The notes below the pieces were generated by a model. That model saw nothing but the letters and a program-made list of their open reading frames with translations. It did not search any database and was not told the DNA's origin. A stretch of 61,622 nt of DNA, filler included, from Choristocarpus tenellus KU-1152 (taxonomy: Eukaryota > Protista > Phaeophyceae): the NCBI GenBank assembly GCA_964200185.2. It is 9 parts of 9 records of this genome, joined end to end, with 100 filler letters (N's around TTAATTAATTAA, not from the genome) between each part and the next. Parts side by side here need not be neighbours in the genome. Positions count along the whole stretch, not along the records: positions 1 to 3,826 come from CAXNAD020017714.1; positions 3,927 to 9,650 come from CAXNAD020009908.1; positions 9,751 to 15,475 come from CAXNAD020009904.1; 6 more parts are not named here. One strand, 5' to 3'. Each line of letters opens with the position of its first letter. Within the stretch, counting starts at the first letter, position 1. Below are positions 1 through 12,005 of this stretch, piece by piece. A program made the translations under genes and the position numbers.

Positions 1-210
1 CCTGTGTTGCTCAACACACAAGGGATGGCCAATGAGATATGTCAGGACGAGGTGGGGGTGGAGTGATAAGGAGGGACATTCGCACAAGAAGCACCAGGTA
101 AACAAATCCATCAACGATCCAGTTTGTGATTGTCAGGTACAGAAGACACTAGTAATACTTCTTACTGCGTTGGATCAGTGCTGTAGCGCTGGGTACAGAT
201 ATGTACAGAA

Positions 211-425
211 TTAAACATGAATTTATTTTCCATACGCTGCAAGCACAGATTCATGCATCATTTCCGACAAATTCGGATGAGGAAAGATAGTATTCATAAG
301 GTCTATTTCCGTTCCTTCCATTTCTTTTCAACTACATAACCCTGAATGAGCTCTGTGACATCAGCACCAATCATATGGGCACCTAAAATCTCACCAGTTT
401 TTACATCAAAAATTGTTTTTACTAC
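211..425 (-). pseudogene. lpdA: C-terminal fragment of bacterial (alphaproteobacterial, Rickettsiales-like) dihydrolipoamide dehydrogenase, pseudogenised
   Basis: Manual minus-strand translation: VVKTIFDVKTGEILGAHMIGADVTELIQGYVVEK [frameshift ~322-328] MEGTEIDLMNTIFPHPNLSEMMHESVLAAYGK*IHV*. Contains the interface-domain 'GEILGAHMIG' and active-site 'HPxLSE' motifs in the alphaproteobacterial PdhD form. Premature stop at 223-225, natural stop at 211-213, no introns. Not in the ORF track. Confidence 0.88.
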
Positions 426-1861
426 TAAAGAGCAAGCGCAACACACAAAGACCTTTGAACATAAATCGTGAGGGCTGTGCTGCTCATGGATGATGTTTGC
501 AGATGTCTGCAGGAAAAATAAATAAAAATATTAATACACAGGAGTGATAAAAAATCTTACTAATGCTACACTAATGATGCATAATTTCACTGGCAGTACG
601 GCCTTTCACTGTACCAGTGGTAGCAACCAACTACAAAGAGTATCATTTCCACATTCAGTTCATATTAATGATGACCTTGCCAAGTTGGCATTTTCAACAT
701 CATCGTCTTTCCTTTATGTTGCAGTTGTTTTTTTGCCGTCATTCCAATCACTACCACCTCAACAGTACTACCAGTGGTACTATAGCTGCATCAAGTACCA
801 GATGAGAACACACAGAAAGACCATGAGGGTGAGGAGGGAGTGAAAACAATGCTTTTTACAAGCACACAAACTTACAAACACAAATGATCCACAAATGCAA
901 GAGATCTGCTAGACTACAGCCTACTTCAACTAGTCTCCTAGGCAGCAAAATATTCATGAGGAAACCGAAAATACACAGGATATTGTCTACAACGAAGAAT
1001 AAAGTAACATGCGAGACTTGGTTCAAAAAAGGCATCTCTGTTACCAGTTTATGTTCTGTGGCATTGCGCAATTGGGGGGAGATACTTGGGTGGTACACGG
1101 GAAGGGAATTTAACAGTATCCAATCTAGTAAATTATGACAGCTCAACAAGGGCTCCCTCCAAACTAGTCTTGAGGACACAACCTATCAATTTCTCATCGA
1201 CCCAGCAAGGAGCAGAAACCTATCGGTTGTTGCCATTCCAAATATTCCTGGAGCATGGGGTAGATCACGCAACACAGATCAAAAATGATTTGGAGAAGGT
1301 AGGAAAGATTTCAGTCAGTTCCACCGTTCCTCCCTACAAGAAAATGTTGCGTGTGCAACAGTTAGGTTCAACCACGCAAATATCAAATATAATGATATCA
1401 ATGAGCCCCTTCTCCAGCAGCTATCAGGCAGCATCAGAAGTAAGCTCACCTGTCCCATCCCCTGAAAACACTCTCAGAGTGGTCCCGATTTCATTCCAAT
1501 GAGAGGAAAAGTCCCCACTGATGTCATCATAACAGATTAGACATGTATCGGTGATGACAGTGCCCCCGCTGGACATGGCCTGCACAGGGTATTTGTTATC
1601 AATGCCAGAGAGTTCATAGGGTAGGTGTAAGTGCTTGGGGAAGCAATTCAGCTGAGGTTGGGTCGTTTGGTGTAAGGACAACAACTGTATTCTAAACATC
1701 TTCCCCATCGCTGGCTTAGGAAGGGGGATATGGCCTAGGGCTAATGTTTTGAAGATGAAACAAACTCAAACAACAGGAAGCATGTGGGCAGATATGGTGG
1801 ATGCCGAGTGGTGGGGAGCTTAGAAGGTGGGAGGAAGTCCCAGACCTTTTTTATGGCAGAT

Positions 1862-2120
1862 GAGCCAAAAGTATCTTAGAGGGTAGAGCCGGGTCCATTT
1901 GGTGGCCAAACTCCAATGTTGCGATTTTGGTGTAATTTTAGCTATCGTGTTTGTTAGGAAGCGTCAATATCCATATTCTGGACATACCATTTCATAATGC
2001 ATATATTTTACCTATTCCGAAATATTTTGGAGTAGGAAAATATCATTAAAAAAACATGGGAAGTCAAGTCCCAAATGGACAAACAGGGCAAAACTCGCAC
2101 CCTCTAAGATACGTTCACTC
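1862..2120 (+). mobile_element. MITE family A copy
   Basis: TIRs gagccaaaagtatcttagagggt...ccctctaagatacgttcactc; 4-bp TSD agat/agat. Confidence 0.92.
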
Positions 2121-3338
2121 AGATATGCATTTACATCTTTAATGTGCACATTTCTTGACACTGTTTGCATCAAAATGATGGCAATCCTCCTTACCACCTC
2201 TCCAACCATCATCACTAGTGTCATCAGTCACAAACAACAGCCTCTCCTTCTACAGCGCCCTAAGTGCAACAACTCCCCCTCGGAGAAGAAGGATGGCGTG
2301 CACATCAGTGGCATGTACATGTCCTGACCTTGGGCCCAGATGCATGGGGAGGAAGTTCCATCTGCTTGTCTCAAGTCTGCCATTTCCACCTGTAGGTGGG
2401 TATAAAAGGACAGGCCCTGTGCAACACCTGCAGAATACTGCACTCCAAGGAATCATAGTGCAAATAGAGACAGAAGGTGAAGAGTGGGGGGGCGGATTCC
2501 TTACAAGTTGAGAGAGTGATATCTGGCAAGATGCAACAGAAATATGGTGCAATATTGATGAGGGTGGATAGGTGGAAAAGGTGAGGGTAAGGGCTGGGCA
2601 GGGTCCATTTGCCGTTTGAGGACTAAGGGTGAAAGCATTTCTGTACCATCTCCAACTCCAACTGAAACAAAGGTACCTCTTCAGGTGAGTGGTCAAAAGA
2701 GTGCCCCAATAACAATGAAGAGAGTTTCTCGCCCCTCCCTCTACTACTGGTCCACACACTCAACCCCATCTAAGCATACTCCCAACCGAACATGAATAAT
2801 GCTCTGCACGAGAAAAAATCATGCTGTTGATACAAAGAACAGGTCACGTGTCATAGTGTATAGGTTGAAAGCATATAACAAGAAGAGGATGGCTACGCCA
2901 GACTAGATTACAGCTCAAGAGTTTTGTCAATTCAATGACTTCTCCATACACAGCAACACTTCAACTCTCTGGCATAGTGAACATAGCAATAGTCATTCTT
3001 GCAGCTAGTGGCGTGGTGTGGTGAAGCATTACTTCCTCACGTATCACTTATACCTGAAGAAGATGACACAAACAGAAAACAGATGGAAAACCACACATAC
3101 ATACATGTACACAAATCAGCTCGAAGTGAAACCATGAGATGGTGGGGCATCTCAGCGAGAATGACGACAGACACTTAAGCCTTTCAAGGAAATCCACACC
3201 ACCAACAAAACACAACAGCTGCTTTGTGTAGAAGTATGCTTGATACCTTCTTCAAGGCATGAGGGCTCTGTTGAGGACTCAGACGCCGCATTCCACCTTC
3301 GAATTCAAACCCATTCTGGCTGTTCTTGTTACGATCGC

Positions 3339-3601
3339 GGGTCAAAGTATCTTAGGGTTAGGGTAGAGCCGCACGTATGTTTGGGGGTCAAAATCCAATG
3401 GTGCGATTTTGATATAATTTGGCTATCGTGTTTGTTAGGAAGTGTCAATATCCTTGTTCTGGACACACCTTTGCATAACGTATACATTTACCTACTCCGA
3501 AACATTTTGGAGTTAGTAAAATGTCGTAAAAAACATGTGGCAAGCGAAGCCCCAAATAGACAAACAGGGCAAAATTCGTACCCTCTAAGACACTCTCACT
3601 C
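3339..3601 (+). mobile_element. MITE family A copy (left TIR carries TTAGGGTTAGGG variant)
   Basis: gggtcaaagtatcttagggttagggta...taccctctaagacactctcactc; no clean TSD. Confidence 0.9.
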
Positions 3602-3826
3602 TGTACACGACGCAATGGCGGGCTTCCCTTCTATCTCGAAAGGCCCAATGACTCAAAACTTTCATATGTCTGATATATTTGTTCGGTTGGTCCATATTGT
3701 GGTGGAAGGACACAGAGTGACTTTGAGGGACAAGCTGAGAGTATAAACGAAACCCTACGCCGAAATGCCTTTCCATGGTTCACCCCTCTGTATCCGGTAG
3801 TTTAGGCCAGAGGGGTGACACCCACC

Positions 3827-3926
3827 NNNNNNNNNNNNNNNNNNNNNNNNNNNNNNNNNNNNNNNNNNNNTTAATTAATTAANNNNNNNNNNNNNNNNNN
3901 NNNNNNNNNNNNNNNNNNNNNNNNNN
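3827..3926. other. Artificial contig-joining spacer
   Basis: 44 N + TTAATTAATTAA (stops in all six frames) + 44 N. Confidence 0.99.
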
Positions 3927-4059
3927 CGTTTCGGTCAAACAACTCTTTTTTTTTTTTTTTTTTCAAATCCGACACGTGCGACCAAATCACACCAAAAACT
4001 GAAAATCGAAAAAAGGGTGAAAAACGGACGCCGACACCCTCCCCCAGATACTTTGACCC
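3927..4059 (-). mobile_element. MITE family B end, truncated by contig start
   Basis: Ends ...ccctcccccagatactttgaccc, the reverse complement of the family B terminus seen at 9467 and 58679. Confidence 0.7.
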
Positions 4060-5939
4060 TCAAGTATTACATTTCATTATGTGTGGATGAAGTTGTGTAT
4101 TACAATGGTGCAGTATCATGCTAACAGTCACACATGTTTCCCACTTCCTCTCAGAGCTCACCTTTCGTTGGCCTTGAATCATGGGTACATGATTTCGAGA
4201 CTCATCAGAAGGGGGTTGATGCAAGAAGCAGGGTTGTCTGTTATCATATGTTTAGTGCTGTACCATATACCATTATACCATTTGATGATCTTTCCTAGAA
4301 CTTTGTTGGCGACCCTGGTGAAGAACCATTGTTACACAAGGGAAGATCATTTGGAGTGTCGATCAATGACTGAAGGATCCTTTCAGAACTCCCCTGCTTG
4401 GATCTTGATTCTTCCCCCTCATCACTCTGCACACTCATACTACTTGTCCAACCTTAACCTCGCCCCTCTCAATTATGGTTTCATCGTAGTCTTTCGGATT
4501 AATCTTTGCCACACTTAATGAACCACACTGCCACAGAATACATGATTCACCCATCTCTACAATGGTATAGCAGTACGTACAGAAGAGGTGTATCAAAAGA
4601 ATAATGAGTTTGTCTTATTCACTCTTCACAGTCAGCCCCTCGCAGACACATCAGTCTTCCTCGAGCAAAACATGAGCACAGACCGTCTCAGATACTAGAT
4701 TCTATAGGAGATCGTGATTCTGAAATGAGATAGAGGACAAAGAGACAGCAATAATCAATATTTCGACCTTCGAGAGGGTCCCCATTCCAACTGGACGGCC
4801 TTTCGCCTTATCAATATACCATATGTTGGACATCAGGACTGAATCAAGAACAACTGAAAATCTTCTTCTGGATTAATTTTGACCAAGAATGTATTATTTT
4901 GGTTAACAACATTCTGTATAAAGAGGTGAAAATGCTCCACTACAAAGTGGCATTGAGGCCAGGGATCCTGAACACTAACATGCCAAATACGTGTTATCAC
5001 CCTCTTACATACGCGTATTTCCAGCATATTGGATTTTTCTCTTTCTGGCGCTATATTAAATCCAGACGGGCAGGAAAAGTAGGCTATTTCCGCGCACATG
5101 CTTCATTGTTAATCAACGCACACACTTGCCTACAATAACTAGAAAAAACAAAGGGGGTTCCACACCCTAGGAGGCTTTCAAAAAACGCATGATATTTTAA
5201 TATTTGTCTTAACTTACGTTGGCTTTCTTATTTCATACTACAAGGTTCGTGGGAGGATCGGAGTGACAAGCAAGCACAAGTAGTACTGAACTCAAAAAGA
5301 TATATTATAGTATCGTGTATCATGCCCACTGACGTTTTGAATAGGGAGGCTGTCGTATAGAGGGAAAGAAGAAACATAAGGCAAAGACAAAACAAACACT
5401 ACAACAATGAAGGCCCATTAGATGCACCAACATGCGCTGTATAATTTGAAAACAAGAAAACAAAAAAATATATTAACAATACACGTAGTACCATAACAAC
5501 TAATAATACAGAGTATCGTTGAAACTGCTATTTGACACTATGAAGAAGACGGTTAAGAAGCAGGAGAATAATCCCACAAATCTAAACCACTATGCTGGTG
5601 TCTCCTCTAAACATACGACACATCTGGAAATTGCTACTTAGTAAGACAGGATTTGACGTACCACAAGTTCAAATGCCTTTCAAGGTGTGGAAACCCCCAG
5701 CTTGTTCCTTTTCCCCTCTATCTCTATAGCATTGGAAATATGGATATAATATTTTTGGCTCATGGTATGGCTGAGAGGAAGACCACACCCTACGACACCT
5801 CTCCACGACGTCACACCATGTAGAGGACTGTTAGTACATCTGTCTTCTGCGCGCCCCATCGCTGTCTCAGCAAAGGTGCTTTTTGTCGGAACATGTAGCT
5901 CTGCAGGATCTACGACCAGGACTGAGGAGGTGGTTATAT

Positions 5940-7800
5940 CTCATCATAAACGCCCACTGTTCTGGTACACCAAGGAGTCTGAGAAAAGAAGGCAGGAACT
6001 GTGAAAGTGGAGTGTACCCCATGTGGACTTCAATGCACTCAGTGGAATACCACTTAAAATTGGGCACTTAAGCGGATATGAAGGGTATGTGTGTGTGTGT
6101 GCTCGAAAACCCTTGCAGAAACCCAAGAGCCCGTGTGTATATGAGGTGCATGAGAAGAGCAATGGGTTGACCTCATCCTCAGTGACATCTGCAAGAAGGA
6201 ATGGACCGTGGAAGACTCACATACACAAAGGTGATCATCAACTTCATCAAGCACCTCCAGAAGAGCATTACCATCCTCAAGGATAAGTCTCCCAAAAAAG
6301 CATATTTGTTGCATTTCAATAGTTGTTTCTGCACCATGTTCATCATTCTAGAGCGTCTCCTCTATTCATTTGTGTATCGTGTGTGACCATGGTACACTCA
6401 GAAATTGTCCTTTGAGTAAGGCATACATGCGTTATCAACAAGATCCTAGCAACTCTGCATTTTCTCAGAAGGTCGACTGTGGGAAACAAGTGCATCAATT
6501 CTGTTTCCCTTTAGCTGCCTCGGACAGTATATATACATGTTGTCCTTTCCACCTGTCACTCTTTTCTAAATCAAAATTGGTAGAGGTTGTGACTGATCAA
6601 GGCTACAATCTACGTCGACCCTGCAAATGGTGCTTACCGAAAGGTACATTACACTGCTAAGCATGTGTGCAAAGAGGTGCGGAATGACGAGAATAGGCAT
6701 GGCAAATTTTGGTTTAGATCTAGTTATGAAAATATCGAAGCAATTTTTCTTCCATATTGGAGTTAAAGTATCTTAGAGGGTAGAGCCATGTCCATTTGGG
6801 GACCAAAATCCCATGTTGCGATTTTGATGTAATTCTGGGTATTGTGTTTGTTAGGAAGTGTCAATATTTTTGTTCCAGGCACACCTTTTCATAACGTACA
6901 CATTTTACCTACTCTGAAACATTTTGGAGTCGGAAAATGTCATAAGAAAACCCATGGGAAGCAAAGCCCCACAAATGGATAAACATGGAAAAATTCGTAC
7001 CCTCATAGATACTTTCACTCATTGGTCCTGGTTGATGGGTCAACCCTATGCACTGTTAAGTTATTCCACAGGATACTGTACATCATGGATGAGGAGATTC
7101 GCTTCAAGGGTGAAGAGGGGTGGAATCATCCAGACATCCTACGCTGGCTTGACACCATTCGGGAGATTCGTACCTCAAGTGGTGGGTACATGCATTCTCC
7201 ATCATGCTGTGCTGCACATGCTCTCACCCAGAGTATGTGCATGCCAATGTCATGAACAAATTGATAAACATTGTTTCGAGGTCCTCAAGAAATCTAATGA
7301 GCACATCCTTCTGATCGAGAGCCAGATTTGAAGGTGATAGTTGCCGCAAGGACCAAGGAGTCAGATGGTATTGAGAGGGCACTGATCCAGTGGGCAAGCT
7401 TCAAGAGTGGGTCTTGTCAGGGTCACAAGTACTTGACAATGGCTAAGAGCATGGGTTGTGTGCATAATGGTGGGAATCCTTTGGTGGTGTGTACGTTCTA
7501 GAGCTGCTTCAGGCGGCGTGCCACATCCTTTCCGGGTGTCATCTTTATCAGGATGTGAGTGGAGCTGGGGTATCTTCAAAGGCAAACATGCGGTAATAAG
7601 TACAAGTGAACTGTACCTGTTTAGCTCACATCTTTGCACTTTCTCCATTTACCAGCCAAGAAAACCAATTCTACATTTGTACTGATCCCACTGCTCACCA
7701 TTGTTACCACTTATGTACGTGGGGGACAATGGAAGATGGAACCAATGGTGGTGAAGAAGATCAGCTACATCAGGCAGATCAGGCTCCTAAACGAGTACAC
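5940..7800 (+). pseudogene. Decayed hAT-superfamily transposase (DUF659-type plus dimerisation domain), interrupted by a MITE
   Basis: Collinear frameshifted motifs: VDLILSDICKKEW; KVIINFIKHLQKS..KSPKK..FCTMFIILERL; LVDGSTLCTVKLF..GYMHSPSCCAAHAL; WWESFGG..EL; SSLSGCEWSWGIF (cf. hAT SSxxCERxWSxF); KKISYIRQIRLL. Confidence 0.8.
6760..7020 (+). mobile_element. MITE family A copy inserted in the hAT relic
   Basis: TIRs present; 4-bp TSD attg/attg. Confidence 0.93.
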
Positions 7801-7999
7801 AGTCAAGAGGGGCGGTGGCAATGTCTCAGAATCACTTCTCTCTATTAAACATGACCTACTCCCTCTGTGACTCAAAGATACAGTTCAGAACATAAACTAG
7901 TGTCCACTGTTGTCCCATCCACCACTATTGCTTTGTGTTAAAATATTCACCTCGCATGTATACCGATGTGTTTGATGATCATGACTTGAACCTCTACAT

Positions 8000-8216
8000 G
8001 GTTATAGTATGTTACCTACTTAATCCCGGAGGTGGGCTCAGGTTTCCATTCTGGGCTTTATAGTGGTTTTCTTGTCATCTGACTGAACGTGTCAGATGTA
8101 AGGGCACTTTCCTTACGCAAACAGGCATCAAACCAGGGTGTTTCACAACACCCCATCAAGCCTCTAATGAACAACCTGACCTAAGCGCCCCCACCTCTAG
8201 CAGCATACTACGGGCC
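8000..8216 (+). mobile_element. MITE family C copy (degenerate, internally deleted)
   Basis: Shares tcagatgtaagggca..ttcctt and ggcatcaaac..acaacaccccatcaagcc..cctctag..atacta with 57333-57602. Confidence 0.65.
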
Positions 8217-8499
8217 ATGTTTAATATTTGGATGTGTTAGACATTCCTCGACATGCATACTCCGTACGTCACATAATGATTTGATTCAAGATCAGACTGG
8301 AGTTTTTTTTGTCGCAAAACAAATTATCCTCGTATCTCGGTTTGTAGTTGGTAAGGTGTTGCCCCCACATCAGATTTCGAATTCACTCTGCTATAAGCGT
8401 GGCTAGATACACAACTGTGTGAGAAATATTTTGAGTCATTCAATACCCAAACCTTCTCTACAAGGGTAACAAGCCTCTACTCAGAGTATGATCCACTAC

Positions 8500-8761
8500 G
8501 GGTCAAAGTATCTTAGAGGGTAGAGTCGTGTCCGTTTGGGGACCAAAATCCCATGTTACGATTTTGATGTAATTCTGGGTATTGTGTTTGTTAGGAAGTG
8601 TCAATATCTTTGTTCCAGGCACACCTTTTCATAACGTACACATTATTTTACCTACTCCGAAAAATCTCGGAGTAGGTAAAATGTCATTATAAACCCGTGG
8701 GAAGCCAAGCCCCAAATGGACAAACAGGGAAAAAATCGTACCCTTAAAGATACTTCCACTC
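8500..8761 (+). mobile_element. MITE family A copy
   Basis: TIRs present; near-TSD ctac/ctat. Confidence 0.92.
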
Positions 8762-9466
8762 CTATCCTGGACCACGGTACTGACTAGTGTCATAATTTAC
8801 AGCTTTCAATCAGCCTCTTCACAGCGCATGTTACAACATTTTGTCACATTGAATTCTACCAGAGTCTCAGTGCACTGGGTCACGTCTTCGCACTATAAGA
8901 CTTCAAACCTCTACACCGAGCACTTCATCAGAACCAACAGTCACTGAAGTTGTAAGTACAACAGTACACATTCAAATATATGTCAATCAACATGATGTGA
9001 CAGAGCTACGAGTGCAGGTCAGACAAAATATAATGCAAAAAAATCTTCTCAATGGTTCATTTTAACACACTCTAACTATAGGTAACGGTATCTCTCTCAC
9101 AATATTCACTTGATTAACGTCACAAGAAAATCTCCCTTGCTCAGAGAGTGTCACTCGAAGGAGCAGAAAAGCAGAAACTGGCCCCATCAAACGCATACTG
9201 CTCTATGTATAGTATTCTATTATATAACTAGCACTATTCACTCCAGGGGGTATCTGAGTAGTTACAAGTGCCCTACACATTGATGTTTTATTTTCTCTTC
9301 ATGTCGTCAACTGCATAAAAAATTGGCAATTGGAAGTGAAGATAAGATGTTTCCTGCTAATCTTAGCAAAGGAGCAAGGTACTTCTTGATGCTTGCACCA
9401 AAAATACATTGATTCAACACTTGTGATCATTCACAGATATTTATCGTAGAGTGACAGGCAGTATCT

Positions 9467-9650
9467 GGCTCAAAGTATCTGGGTGGGGGTAGCGGCTGTC
9501 CATTTGGGGTCAAATTCTTCATGTCGCATTTTTTGTGCGATTTGGATGCATACGTCGGATGGATAATGTACATGCAATTTTCCTGATTTTGGTCAAATGG
9601 ACACCCTGGTGTTGATCCCCCCCCCCCCCCCCCACACCCTCCTGCTTTTT
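9467..9650 (+). mobile_element. MITE family B, truncated by contig end
   Basis: ggctcaaagtatctgggtgggggtagcggctgtccatttgggg; nearly the same start as 58679. Confidence 0.7.
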
Positions 9651-9750
9651 NNNNNNNNNNNNNNNNNNNNNNNNNNNNNNNNNNNNNNNNNNNNTTAATT
9701 AATTAANNNNNNNNNNNNNNNNNNNNNNNNNNNNNNNNNNNNNNNNNNNN
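9651..9750. other. Artificial contig-joining spacer
   Basis: N44-TTAATTAATTAA-N44. Confidence 0.99.
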
Positions 9751-10013
9751 AGCCAAAGTATCTTAGAGGGTAGAGCCGTGTCCATTTGGTGGTCAAAATC
9801 CAACGTTGCGATTTTGATATAATTTTGGCTATCGTGTTTGTTAGGAAGTGTCAATATCCTTGTTTTGGACACACCTTTTTCACAAGGTTTACATTTTACC
9901 TACTCCCAAATATTTTGGAGTAGGAAAATGTCATAAAGGAAGCCATGAAAAGCCAAGCCCCAAATGGACAAACAGGGCAAAACTCGTACCCTAACTCTAA
10001 GATACTTTCACTC
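9751..10013 (+). mobile_element. MITE family A copy at contig start
   Basis: agccaaagtatcttagagggt...taccctaactctaagatactttcactc. Confidence 0.92.
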
Positions 10014-11168
10014 ACGGATATGGCTAAACACAAGGTTTATAGATGTTGACCTTGTGGCAATGAAAATGACAATGGCAGGGATAGAGAGCCAGGGTTCATA
10101 GCTCGTTTCGAAAGGACTCTTGAAGATGGTAACAACTAAAGAAGTTTTAATTTATTTTCCAACATAACCCTAACACTAACCCTACCCCACAAAGAAAACC
10201 CGATTTGAGGGATGGGGGGAGTATGCCGTGCAAATACAAGGTAATCAAACTATCAAAACAAGCCCAAAACTACATCAAATCAGAACAGGACGAAACCCCG
10301 ATGAAACCGATTTTGTTTTGTATACGCACAAAGTTTTTTTTTTTTTGTATAATAAGAAAATAAATAACCACTTCTCTTCATCACCACCTTGAAATAATTT
10401 AATGGATATTTGTGCAGAGACTTTAATGTCCCTGTCAGTAGAAATTGAAGTCGTGGTCTAAAATCAGGAGCTCATCCCTATGCTGAGCGATCTAATCAAT
10501 GATACATACTACCCAGCAAATAAAAATATAAATAGTAATAATAATAATCACAACAAATACAAATAATGATAGCAACCAATGTAACAATGGATAGTGCAAG
10601 TGTCCGACCACACCCTCATGTCTGTTCTTCCTTGAAGTAGGATAACAAGACTAAAGCATTTGGGGGGTGTGCAACTCTCATCATATCATGCTAGAGGAAT
10701 GACATATCATGGCAATAGAATTAAAAGTAATATTATATCACCACCAATAATAATACCAATAATAATAATAATACTATGTTTCTATCCGTGAAAGCATTCC
10801 AGCAACAAAAGCAAACTTGGTATATCAGAAGAGCTTCATGTGAAGTGAGCCTTCCTCATTGGTCGAACCTTCATCATCAACGCCAAGATCAGAAGGGCTG
10901 TACATGAAAACGAGGCATCTTATTGCCTGATCATTCGTTGTTGACCCTTCTCATTGGTCGAACCTTCATCACCATCACCAAAACCTTTAGGATTACTACT
11001 AATATTTCACAGGACCTGGAAGGACTACACAGCAAAGGCTCTGGGCAGTGTTGTGAACAGTGCCTACACATATCAATTGGCATGTGACTTACCTCAGGGC
11101 ACCTTCCCCCCCAGGATTGGATCAGAGCTTGAATTGGGTAAGACAGGAATTCGACTAAAAGCTCTTGT

Positions 11169-11436
11169 GAGTCAAAGTATCTTAGGGTTAGGGTAGAGCC
11201 ATGTCTGTTTGGGGGTCCAAAGTCCAATGTTGCAATTTTGATGTATTTTTGGCTACTGTGTTTGTTAGGAAGTGTCAATATCCTTGTTCCGGACACACCT
11301 TTTCATAATGTATATACTTTAACTACTCCTAAACATTTTGGAGTAGGTAAAATATCATTAAAAAGAACCCATGGGAAGCCAAGCCCCCAATGGACAAACA
11401 GGACAAAACACATACCCTCTACCGTACTTTTTACTC
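11169..11436 (+). mobile_element. MITE family A copy (TTAGGGTTAGGG variant TIR)
   Basis: TIRs present; 4-bp TSD ttgt/ttgt. Confidence 0.92.
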
Positions 11437-11704
11437 TTGTTGCTGGTACTGATGGTAGGGACTACTTGGACAAATGAGAGAGAGAGAGAGAGATGTGCAT
11501 ATAACCCTAACACTAAGATTGACTGGGAAACCTCATAAACAACCTCCAAAGACACGCCTACAAGCAGTTGGAATACAGTCTGATTCAACACAAGTACAAC
11601 GCCTTACACACAGAGGTACAACAGTGATGATCAACACCTGACAACAGCCAACATCAAACTATCTGAAAGTACAGGAAATAACCCTAACCCTAACCCTAAC
11701 TCTA

Positions 11705-11969
11705 CCAACGCAATCTTGTTGGAGGGATGTAGGCATGGGACCCGCGCCTGCATGGAATAATAATAATAATAATACATCTATTACTCTGTAACGGATTCTC
11801 GATGCCTCCCCCAGCTTCTCCTGCATCGAATCAAGTCAGGTGACATCAAAGGTACAATACGGCGCCTGTCCATAACTATCACGAGCGAGTGAAATCAACA
11901 TCAACATCAACATCAACATCAACACCAATGATTACACTGCACCTTCAAGACCGATAAAACCCTGATGGA

Positions 11970-12005
<36 letters not shown>

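Noticed and set aside
1-2760. Faint copia-like peptide traces (e.g. EKLIGCVLKTSLEG near 1150-1200, minus strand)
   Set aside because: Too degraded to call by eye; needs a frameshift-aware profile search.
10855-10975. 22-bp direct repeat ctcattggtcgaaccttcatca, ~97 bp apart
   Set aside because: Only two units; consistent with a local duplication, not an array.
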